DNA from: Thalassobaculum sp. OXR-137
GTDB lineage: Bacteria; Pseudomonadota; Alphaproteobacteria; Thalassobaculales; Thalassobaculaceae
Reading direction: 5' to 3'
DNA: 24,000 bases
NCBI RefSeq assembly: GCF_034377285.1
Contig: NZ_CP139715.1
Location: 4,939,465-4,963,464, forward strand
Below are positions 7,587 to 14,873 of the stretch, in pieces. A program made the position numbers and the translations under genes. Below the pieces are notes generated by a model. That model made no database searches. It saw nothing but the letters and a program-made list of their open reading frames with translations, and was not told the DNA's origin. Numbering within the stretch: the stretch's first letter is position 1; each line of letters opens with the position of its first letter.

Positions 7587-7772
7587 TCAGTCGCGGCGCG
7601 TCCCGCCGAACAGCGCTCCGAACAGCTTGCCCGTCAGCCAGAGGACAAGCATCCCGACTGGAATGACGAAAGGCGCACCGAGCAGCACCCAGCCCACGGC
7701 GTCGATATTGCGCGTGACATTGGCAGCGTATGCGGCCACGGCGATGAGAAGAATGGCGGCGATGATTTGCAT
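7587..7772 (-). CDS. Small membrane protein (61 aa, two hydrophobic segments)
   Basis: Translation: MQIIAAILLIAVAAYAA...WVLLGAPFVIPVGMLVLWL. GGGAGGG lies upstream of the ATG. Sits downstream of the ParB-like gene. Confidence 0.55.
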   Translation of the reverse strand: MQIIAAILLIAVAAYAANVTRNIDAVGWVLLGAPFVIPVGMLVLWLTGKLFGALFGGTRRD

Positions 7773-7786
7773 GGGGAAACCCTCCC

Positions 7787-7832
7787 GAGAATGAAGAAGA
7801 AGGGCGGCACGGGCTGACTACCCGCACCGCCC
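7787..7832 (-). terminator. Imperfect GC hairpin + T-rich tract after the ParB-like gene (terminator or attenuator)
   Basis: GGGCGGCACGGG (7802-7813) pairs with CCCGCACCGCCC (7821-7832) at 10/12 bp. On the minus strand it is followed by TTCTTCTTCATTCTC. Confidence 0.4.
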
Positions 7833-7848
7833 CTGATGCAGACGGGGG

Positions 7849-9681
7849 TCAGGCGGCCACTTGCGTGGTCTCGCCCTCGCCCGAAACGGCGGGCGTGGGG
7901 TCGCCGTCCGTGTCGTCTGCATTGGCCTCGTCTGCCTCCCCTTCCTGCCACGGCAGGTCAGCCCCCTCGGTCACGGCGGGGAACCGCATGGCATCGGGAA
8001 GCCATGCATTCGCCCGCTTGCGCAGTTCTTCGGGCAAGGTCGCATCGTCCTCGGCAGAGCGCTGGAAATGACGGGCAAGGGCAGCGGCCAGCTGGCTCTT
8101 GCTGTAATCCTTCATCCGCCCAAGACGGGTTATCGCCCCGCTTTCCTTGGCGATGGCCTCCAACTGGTCTTTGCGGCGGCGGGTCAGGAACGCCTCGTCT
8201 GGTGTCCAATGCGCCCGCATCGATACGTCCAGATCGGCGGCAACACGGTTGAACAGGCTGTCAGCTGTATCGAGCGCATCCATATTGCCCTGCCCGAAGG
8301 TCAGCGCCGTCAAAAGCAGATGCAGCTGGTCGAGTTCTCCATCGGAGAAACCCTGCACCACCTCATAAAGGGCGGTCGGGTTTTTGACCTCGGCCAGCAA
8401 CGTCTCCCATGCGCCCCGCACGGGTCGGGCGTAGGATTGACGGCGATTATCCGTCACGCCTATCGCCGTCACCATGTCCTGCGCCTCCCGCTCAAGAGCG
8501 GTGTAGCTGGTCGGCTGGTTGTCCTCCCCTGCGAAGTAAGCAAGGGCGGGATGGGCATCGAGGCGCACCCGTCCTGTCCAGTCAAAGCCGTTCAACAGGC
8601 TGATGACGGCCACCTCCTTGGCCTTGCGGGGATTGGTGAGCAAGGTCTCCATCACGGCAAGGCTCTTGTGGGCATTCATCATGCGGATGACAGGCCCCGA
8701 ATATTCGGGCCGCTCCTTGGGGGCGGTCGGTGCGTCTGCGGTTTCCTCGGCAACAGACGGGGACACGTCACGGCGGACAAGACCTTCTCGCACCTCGACA
8801 CGGCCTGACGGCTTGAAGTGAATGACCACCCCGCTGTGTTCGTCTTCCTCGGCCTCACGATATTGCCACCACGGGGCATAGCTTTCGGTCAGCACCTCAA
8901 CAAAGGCGGCGTTTTCCGCATGGTGTTCGGCAAGGGCGGCGACTGCCGCCTCTTGCAGGGTGAAGAACCACTCCACGTCATCGAAGACGGTGTTGTCGTC
9001 ATCGGCGAACAGGTCGGCGGTGAAACTGCCTTCGTATTGTTCCAGCGGAAAGATAGCCAGAGACACGGCGGGCTTTTCGCCCGTGAGCAAGTGACGCAAG
9101 TCGTCGCCGTCATAGTGATAGCCCTGCTCCAGTCGCTCGATAAGCACTCGTTGCTGGTCGTGGGTGCCAAGGGTCAGCGCCTCGGCGGCGGAAAGGGTAA
9201 TCTCCCCTTCCCGCACAAGGGCTTTCACCTCGTCACAGAGAGAGGCCAGCGCCACACGGCGCTTGACGGTCAACACGGACACCCCTGCCTTGGCGGCGAC
9301 ATCCTCAAGGGATGCGCCCGCCCCCAACAGGGTGGCGAAGGCTTCGGCCTCGTCCATGGGGGCAAGCTGCTCCCGCTGTATGTTCTCGACAGTGGCGAGG
9401 CGCAAGGCATCGGCCTCGCTCAAATCCCCCCGCACCTCGACGGGCACGGGATGGTCTTTGGCGATAGCGTTCCGCTCAACCAACAGGGAGAGCGCCCGAT
9501 AGCGCCGTTCGCCTGAAACAATCTCGAACTTGCGCCCCTTCTTGCGCACCACAAGGTTTTGCAAAAGGCCGTCCGTCAGGATGGATGCGGCCAGCCCTTC
9601 AAGGGCGGTGGCATCCATGCTGCGGCGGGGATTGCCCTCGGCGGCGGTGATTTTGGTCAGTGGTATGGTTTGAATGGTCAT
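7849..9681 (-). CDS. Large ParB/Spo0J N-terminal-domain protein (ParB-like nuclease/CTPase fold), 610 aa
   Basis: IVSGERRYRA box together with NPRR and an HTH-like segment. ATG 9681 lies 8 nt after GAGGA; the track start at 9696 lacks an SD. Confidence 0.8.
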   Translation of the reverse strand: MTIQTIPLTKITAAEGNPRRSMDATALEGLAASILTDGLLQNLVVRKKGRKFEIVSGERRYRALSLLVERNAIAKDHPVPVEVRGDLSEADALRLATVENIQREQLAPMDEAEAFATLLGAGASLEDVAAKAGVSVLTVKRRVALASLCDEVKALVREGEITLSAAEALTLGTHDQQRVLIERLEQGYHYDGDDLRHLLTGEKPAVSLAIFPLEQYEGSFTADLFADDDNTVFDDVEWFFTLQEAAVAALAEHHAENAAFVEVLTESYAPWWQYREAEEDEHSGVVIHFKPSGRVEVREGLVRRDVSPSVAEETADAPTAPKERPEYSGPVIRMMNAHKSLAVMETLLTNPRKAKEVAVISLLNGFDWTGRVRLDAHPALAYFAGEDNQPTSYTALEREAQDMVTAIGVTDNRRQSYARPVRGAWETLLAEVKNPTALYEVVQGFSDGELDQLHLLLTALTFGQGNMDALDTADSLFNRVAADLDVSMRAHWTPDEAFLTRRRKDQLEAIAKESGAITRLGRMKDYSKSQLAAALARHFQRSAEDDATLPEELRKRANAWLPDAMRFPAVTEGADLPWQEGEADEANADDTDGDPTPAVSGEGETTQVAA

Positions 9682-9743
9682 AGTTTTAATCCTCATATTG
9701 GGTTGATTGCCCCCAGCCCTGACCGTCAGGGCGGGGGCATGGG

Positions 9744-10106
9744 TCAGGCGACGATGCGCCCCTTGCTTGATGCTTCGGCGGCATAGGCCGTCAGGCTCTT
9801 GGTTGGCTTGAAATGGCGGTCACGCTCGATGGTCAGCCCTGCGGGGCCACGCACGGCGGCAAGCTCCGACAGGCGCACGCTCCCCAGTTCGGGGCATCCG
9901 AACCCAAGGTCACAAAGCCCGAAGGCAATGTCCTCGTCTTCGGGATCGAGTTCGGACATAAGCCACGTTGCCGCTCCCCATGGGCAGAACAGCTTGACCA
10001 CAGGCCAGAAGTCCTGGGTGTTGCCATCGTCGGCCATGCGTTCGGCATTGGCTTTGCCATTTTTCAGCATGCGAGCATGCTGGTCGGATAGGAGAAGCGT
10101 GCTCAT
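9744..10106 (-). CDS. DUF2958 family protein
   Basis: VVKLFCPWGAATWLMSELDPEDEDIAFGLCDLGFGCPELGSVRLSELAAVRGPAGLTIERDRHF fits the DUF2958 pattern as I recall it. GGGAGG lies 7 nt upstream of the ATG. Confidence 0.75.
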   Translation of the reverse strand: MSTLLLSDQHARMLKNGKANAERMADDGNTQDFWPVVKLFCPWGAATWLMSELDPEDEDIAFGLCDLGFGCPELGSVRLSELAAVRGPAGLTIERDRHFKPTKSLTAYAAEASSKGRIVA

Positions 10107-10330
10107 TGTCCCGCCTCCCGTCCGTCATGGTCGGAAAGCCTCATGCTGTCCGTCACCGAGACGAAAAGCGGGCGGATGGTGAAATCCTCCCCGTCCCTGT
10201 TCACGGCGCAGATAGCGGCGGCGGGTACGCCGTCCGCAAAGCAGCTGAACAAGGCAAAGTTGGAATAATCCCCGCTCGTCAGCGCCTCAAAGGCGCTGCG
10301 ATGCTCGGGAGTGATATTGGTTTGGCTCAT
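10103..10330 (-). CDS. Hypothetical protein (75 aa), first gene of the DUF2958-ParB operon
   Basis: ATG 10330 is preceded by GGAAGGA. Its stop overlaps the next gene's start (ATGA). The track extension to 10423 has no SD. Confidence 0.55.
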   Translation of the reverse strand: MSQTNITPEHRSAFEALTSGDYSNFALFSCFADGVPAAAICAVNRDGEDFTIRPLFVSVTDSMRLSDHDGREAGQ

Positions 10331-10760
10331 GTCGGTTTGTCCTTCCGTCGAGTTGTTCAATTCTGCGAAGGACACCCACGCCCCGCGCATGAACCTCTGC
10401 CCAGCGGCGAGCGACGACGACAAACCAGTGACAACAGGGAGAACAGGCGTTCAGGCGGCGAAGCGCCGACATCCGACGGGCTCCAAGAGAGCCGCGCCGC
10501 AAAGCGGCGGCATCCGGCCAACACGGGACCCCCGACTTGATCGGGGGGAACGGAGCGGGCAGGCCGGACGGCGACCTTGGAAAAGACCGGCGGGGTCGGC
10601 ACAAGCTGGACAGAGAGGTTACAAGCGCGAAGCGCAACCCAACAGGTCAACGCCGTCCCGCAGGGACGACATTATGGGGCGTTGCGGGGCATCCCCGCAG
10701 AAGGGGTGACGGAAACGCCGATAGGTGGTTGCAGGCAGGGGAAGGCGTTCCCCGCCTAAA
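10331..10760 (-). other. ~430-nt non-coding, hairpin-dense region upstream of the 75aa-DUF2958-ParB operon
   Basis: At least six short GC hairpins. Examples: GCCGC-AAA-GCGGC, CCCCCGA-CTTGA-TCGGGGG, GCGC-GAA-GCGC, GTCCC-GCA-GGGAC, CGGGG-CAT-CCCCG. There is partial similarity (GGAACGGAGCGGG..GGACGGCGACC..AAGACCGG) to the leader family. Confidence 0.45.
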
Positions 10761-10786
10761 ATTACTACTATTTTTACTATTTTCCC

Positions 10787-10815
10787 TTGTTTTGCGTTTG
10801 GAGAACAGATAGGAT
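10787..10815 (+). promoter_or_regulatory. Candidate sigma70-type promoter of the three-gene cargo operon
   Basis: TTGTTT (10787-10792), a 17-nt spacer, then TAGGAT (10810-10815). It sits in an AT-rich tract with a TACTATTTT direct repeat, about 40 nt upstream of the first ATG. Confidence 0.4.
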
Positions 10816-10855
10816 GACATCAGAATAATCAGCATACGAACGAAAGGACTGCCCC

Positions 10856-11275
10856 ATGCCGGACCTGCGAACCATCGAGATCGACTTCGAAGTACACAAA
10901 ATCATCGAGCTTGAGCGGAAGAGCTTCTCGGAGACCCCAAACGAAGTGCTGCGTCGATTATTGAAGGTGAGTGGAAAGCGCCCCTCACTCCAACCACAGA
11001 AAGCGACAACCGGACGCCCCTGGTCGGGTAAAGGCGTGACGCTGCCACACGGTACAGAACTTCAGATGGATTATAATGGTCGCCAGTACACGGGGGCCAT
11101 CGACAATGGTGAATGGGTTGTTGAAGGTCAGCGGTTCAAGAGCCCGTCCGCTGCGGCTGGTGGTGTCGCTGTGACCAAGAGCGGAAAACATACCAACCTG
11201 GACGGCTGGAACTATTGGCAGGCCAAACGCCCCGGCGATACAGACTGGGTCGCAATAAAGGACATGCGGCGCTAA
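10856..11275 (+). CDS. Small DNA-binding protein: SeqA-N-like ribbon-helix-helix N-terminus + RAMA/DUF4357-like C-terminus
   Basis: RTIEIDFEVHKIIELERKSFSETPNEVLRRLLK aligns by eye with E. coli SeqA residues 2-35 ([33 protein letters not shown]). The C-terminal F.SPSAAAGGV......NLDGWNYW pattern is typical of restriction/methylase-associated RAMA-type domains. AAAGGA SD present. Confidence 0.7.
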   Translation: MPDLRTIEIDFEVHKIIELERKSFSETPNEVLRRLLKVSGKRPSLQPQKATTGRPWSGKGVTLPHGTELQMDYNGRQYTGAIDNGEWVVEGQRFKSPSAAAGGVAVTKSGKHTNLDGWNYWQAKRPGDTDWVAIKDMRR

Positions 11276-11300
11276 AGGCACGCGTCAGGAGAATGAACCC

Positions 11301-12512
11301 GTGGTCGATATAAGCAAGCTGAACAAAGCTGCGCGCGCAGCCCAGAAACTGACCGAGCAGCACCAAGGTACGATCGAGGCGGCGCAACGTATTGCCCACA
11401 GCCCGGCCATGCAGGCCATGAAGGCGCTCCAGGAGAACTCCGCGGTAACTCGATTAATGGCCGATATGGAGCGCCATCAAGCGCTCATTCGTGCCGCACA
11501 AGGGCCATTTGAAGAGTTGCGCAGATCAGGCGTTTTCAACCACGCCTCCGCCCTGCAAGAGCAACTCCGCCCAGTTCGGGAGATAATAGACGCGTTCAAT
11601 GCACGGTTCACCCTGCCGGAGGTGCCCGCCGCGGTGAAGCTCATGCAGGAGTTCCAGCAGAGTCCTGCGGCTGAGGCGATAGCGAGATATGCAACACGGG
11701 CTGACGAGATCCAGCGTGCCATGGAAGCCATGCACACGCCGTGGTTGGATGCGCAAGAGACCCTGCGGTCAGTGACAGGCTTCGCGGAAATACAGGGCAT
11801 TGGCAGAATGCTTGAGAACATGCCTGCCTTTGACGACGCCGTTTGCAAAGCGCTCCGGGTCGATCTTGGCGACTGGCGGGACAAGATTACCTGGCCGGAG
11901 CCGGTGTTGACGGACCTGGTCGCACGTGAGGCCTTTTACGTTGACTTAGGCTTTGACACGTCCCTTACCGACTTCCCGGCCCCGGCGTTTCGAGAAAGCA
12001 CCGAGATCGCCGGCCTGCGACGTGCACCGCCCCCGGTCGTGACCGCCTACGGTGAGCCTATCCCACGCATTGAAACCGATGAGGAAGAGGAAGCATTCAC
12101 CCTGACCAACGTCGCGCACGATTGGCTACAACGTTTTGAGTTCCATCTGAGAAACTTCATCGATGCTCGGATGACTGAAGCTTTTGGCCGAGAGTGGCCG
12201 AAACATCAACTACCGAACGGCGTCTATGATCAGTGGATGGCGAAGCGCGACGCTGCGGTGAAAGCCGGGAGGCAGGCGCTTCAATTGATTGCCTATGCCG
12301 ATTTCACGGACTACGAGCGTGTGATCTGCAAGAAGGATAACTGGCGTCAGGTGTTCCACATCTACTTCGTTCGCCAAGAGAACGTCCGCGAGAGCTTCCA
12401 GCGGCTGCATCCGATCCGCTTAGACACCATGCACGCGCGCCCAATTATTCAGGACGACGAGATACTTCTGTATGTTGAAGTGAAGCGTTTCACTAAAATA
12501 TTTTTTAGCTAA
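11301..12512 (+). CDS. Helical N-terminal domain + C-terminal Swt1-like HEPN domain protein (predicted RNase)
   Basis: GTG start lies 7 nt after AGGAGAA. The C-terminal ~120 aa (FEFHLRNFIDARM..GREW......IAYADFTDYERVI...NW..F...F......F.RLHPIRLDTMHARP) match the Swt1-like HEPN pattern. The Rx4H motif is R373-H378 (nt 12417-12434). Confidence 0.7.
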   Translation: MVDISKLNKAARAAQKLTEQHQGTIEAAQRIAHSPAMQAMKALQENSAVTRLMADMERHQALIRAAQGPFEELRRSGVFNHASALQEQLRPVREIIDAFNARFTLPEVPAAVKLMQEFQQSPAAEAIARYATRADEIQRAMEAMHTPWLDAQETLRSVTGFAEIQGIGRMLENMPAFDDAVCKALRVDLGDWRDKITWPEPVLTDLVAREAFYVDLGFDTSLTDFPAPAFRESTEIAGLRRAPPPVVTAYGEPIPRIETDEEEEAFTLTNVAHDWLQRFEFHLRNFIDARMTEAFGREWPKHQLPNGVYDQWMAKRDAAVKAGRQALQLIAYADFTDYERVICKKDNWRQVFHIYFVRQENVRESFQRLHPIRLDTMHARPIIQDDEILLYVEVKRFTKIFFS

Positions 12513-12523
12513 GGAGTAATTCC

Positions 12524-13396
12524 ATGCAGGATGACGCAAGGTCAGACGATGAAATTCAATTAGCGGCGAGGCATCTCTTCGAAGGTGTTGTGCCAGAACG
12601 CTCTGCTGAGCTGATCGCGCTATGGAAGCAATACCAGCCCAAGTTTCATCTCCTCTCGGATGATGGTCCGGATGGGATGTTTGTCATGGCCGCTGGCCGA
12701 TATCGCGACGTCGCATTCAATCACCGAGCTCTGAGGGCCTTTTGGTTAGCAGCCTTTATCGCGTGGGAAGGCTATCTGCGGGTCCACGAAGTAGCGACGA
12801 ATGGTTCGGCTGATTTCGACCGGTTCGATGACATGGTTAATCTTTTCGCCCGCATACTAGCCGAAGAAGACCCGTCAAGCGTTCCATTGCCGCAAGGCGT
12901 GTCGGAGCCTGGGCATTACACTGATGCGAAGCAATCTCCTCAAGAAAGGGCGGCAGCCGAACTGGCAACCTTTGCCACCGGCTGGGCGTTTCTGCATGAG
13001 ATTAGACATATAAAACACCAGCAGGAAGGTACCGGCGCCGCACCTGATGATCCGGTGGAGAAGCACCACGAGGAAGAGCTGTCGTGCGATGAATATGCAA
13101 CGACTTTCATACTTGATGGTGTCGACCAGTATGCCCAGACCGAAAACGTGGATTCGGAGAAAGTCAGGCAAAAGCGCGAATTGGGCATCTACTTTGCCCA
13201 GTTCGCGATGACCTTAATCGGCGCGGGTTACTGGGACGCGTCGGATACACACCCGGCGATGCAAAAGCGTATAGACGCGACCATTAAGCTAATGGGCGGC
13301 TCAGGGACACGCATGTCTGATGCCGTTGCCCACGCGGCATTTGCAGCCCTTTGGCGTAAATGGCCGGATGCGCCTGGCCCATTTCGGGCCTCATAG
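12524..13396 (+). CDS. HExxH zincin metallopeptidase-like protein (ImmA/IrrE-like arrangement)
   Basis: HEIRH at aa 158-162 (nt 12995-13009) is followed ~20 aa later by EEELSCDEYAT, a possible third ligand or E..A motif. AAGGAG SD overlaps the upstream stop, so the operon is tightly coupled. Confidence 0.65.
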   Translation: MQDDARSDDEIQLAARHLFEGVVPERSAELIALWKQYQPKFHLLSDDGPDGMFVMAAGRYRDVAFNHRALRAFWLAAFIAWEGYLRVHEVATNGSADFDRFDDMVNLFARILAEEDPSSVPLPQGVSEPGHYTDAKQSPQERAAAELATFATGWAFLHEIRHIKHQQEGTGAAPDDPVEKHHEEELSCDEYATTFILDGVDQYAQTENVDSEKVRQKRELGIYFAQFAMTLIGAGYWDASDTHPAMQKRIDATIKLMGGSGTRMSDAVAHAAFAALWRKWPDAPGPFRAS

Positions 13397-13463
13397 TATC
13401 TGCCTAAGTGTTGTCCCCAATACCTCACGGCAACGACACCTCAAAACATGATAGAAAGGCCGC

Positions 13464-14372
13464 CTAAGCGGCGGCCTCGGTGATATCGGTGGCTTGCAGC
13501 CCCGCCAAATAGTCGGTCGCCTTGGCGGCCTGACTTGCGGCGGTGAAGATGGCCTTCTTGTCGGCTTTCAGGACCTTCAGCCAGTTGTCGATGTAGGCGG
13601 CATGGTCGGGGCGCGGTTCCAGCGTGATCCCAAGGTCAGCACAGAGGAAGGCAGCGCCCAGCTCGGCCACGAGTTCTTCGACGGCATAGGCGTCATCGCC
13701 GAAACGTTTGCCGAATTCACGGTCGCAGCGCTTGGCACAGCCGGTCCAATGGGTCAGCTCATGAAGCAGAGTGCCATAGTAGCTTTCCGTCGCCGTGCTG
13801 GTTTCCGTGCCCATGAAGCGCTCGCGCTCGGGCATCTGGATGAAGTCATCAGGGAAGCGGTAGAAGGCGCGGTTGCCACCGTGGCGGATATCGACCCCTG
13901 TGGCTGCGATGAAGGCTTCGGCTGCGTCGTGGATTTGCGCCGGGTCTTTCGGTTCCGGCAATGGCGGGGCTTCGAACCCGTCCACCTGATCGGCGTTAAA
14001 GACGTAGCTGGCGCGGGCCATGAGGCGTTTGCCATGTTCGGTCTCGCCGTCGTCCTTCTGCTCTTCCACGTCGAATTCTTTGTAGAAGACCACGAGGCTG
14101 GATTTCTCGCCCTTGCGGACCTGACAGCCCTTGTTCTGCCATTGGCGATAGGTGCCCCAGGTGCCGGTCGAGAAGCCGCGTGCTTGGGCTGAGGCCCAGA
14201 GGCTGACGACGTTGATCCCGCGATAGGCGTTGGTGGTGTCGATGTTGACGGGGCGGTTCAAGCCTTGGCCTGAGCGGTGCCAGGGCATCTGCCAGTCACC
14301 GGCTCCGGCTTCGATGGCGGCGATGATGGTGTTGGTCACTTGGGTGTAAACGTCTTGGCGTTCGGTCTTCAT
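13464..14372 (-). CDS. ardC: ArdC-type antirestriction protein (ssDNA-binding N-domain + zincin HExxH C-domain)
   Basis: N-terminal pattern W..PW......P.N..T...YRGINV..LW, and C-terminal LLHELTHWTG. ATG 14372 is preceded by AAGGAGAG. The track extension to 14567 runs into the conserved leader. Confidence 0.85.
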   Translation of the reverse strand: MKTERQDVYTQVTNTIIAAIEAGAGDWQMPWHRSGQGLNRPVNIDTTNAYRGINVVSLWASAQARGFSTGTWGTYRQWQNKGCQVRKGEKSSLVVFYKEFDVEEQKDDGETEHGKRLMARASYVFNADQVDGFEAPPLPEPKDPAQIHDAAEAFIAATGVDIRHGGNRAFYRFPDDFIQMPERERFMGTETSTATESYYGTLLHELTHWTGCAKRCDREFGKRFGDDAYAVEELVAELGAAFLCADLGITLEPRPDHAAYIDNWLKVLKADKKAIFTAASQAAKATDYLAGLQATDITEAAA

Positions 14373-14585
14373 GGTCTCTCTCCTTGTCTTTGCGGGCCGC
14401 GCCCATCGCGGCCGTCCGATGGCGACCGGAAAGGCAGGGGCAAAGACGAGCGGCGCACCCGGCACGGGCCGGAGAGAAACGAAGGACGGAGAGCGGGCTG
14501 TTTCTTGCCTCGCGAGGAATGACCAAAGGTCAGGGGATGAAACTGACTGGGAACCGTTGCGCGGCACGGCGTCCCTGCCAGGTCA
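14373..14585 (-). promoter_or_regulatory. Conserved structured leader, copy D (upstream of ardC)
   Basis: Hairpin GGCCGCG/CGCGGCC at 14395-14413. Blocks GGACGGAGAGCGGGCTGTTTCTTGCCTCGCGAGGAA present. Hairpin TGACC-AAA-GGTCA at 14520-14532. Blocks GGGGATGAAACTG and AACCGTTGCGCGGC present. Confidence 0.7.
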
Positions 14586-14873
14586 AGCCAGATATGAGGA
14601 CGGCTCGTGGGCAGCGGTCAGCGACAAGGGCAAGTGAGGCCGGAAGATCAACCCGTAGACGCGGCCCCAAAACGACAACGCCCCCGCGATAGAGGACGGG
14701 GCCGTTGCTTCAGAGATTAATGCACTGGCGTGCGCATCGAAGGCTTATGGACCGCGCCAAAATCCGGCACCTGACAGCCTTCAACGGGCATCTTGTCTGC
14801 CGTTGGGGCAAGCCGCCACAAAATCTAGGCAAACGGCGCAAACCGGGCTAAAAATGGCAGATGGAATCTGTAT

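Noticed and set aside
13464-14567. Full 367-aa version of the ArdC ORF, and the 22188 start for the integrase
   Set aside because: The N-terminal extensions translate the structured leader (ArdC) or the GTGCCAAAAA repeats (int) and lack SDs. Internal ATGs at 14372 and 22266 have SDs and begin where family similarity begins.
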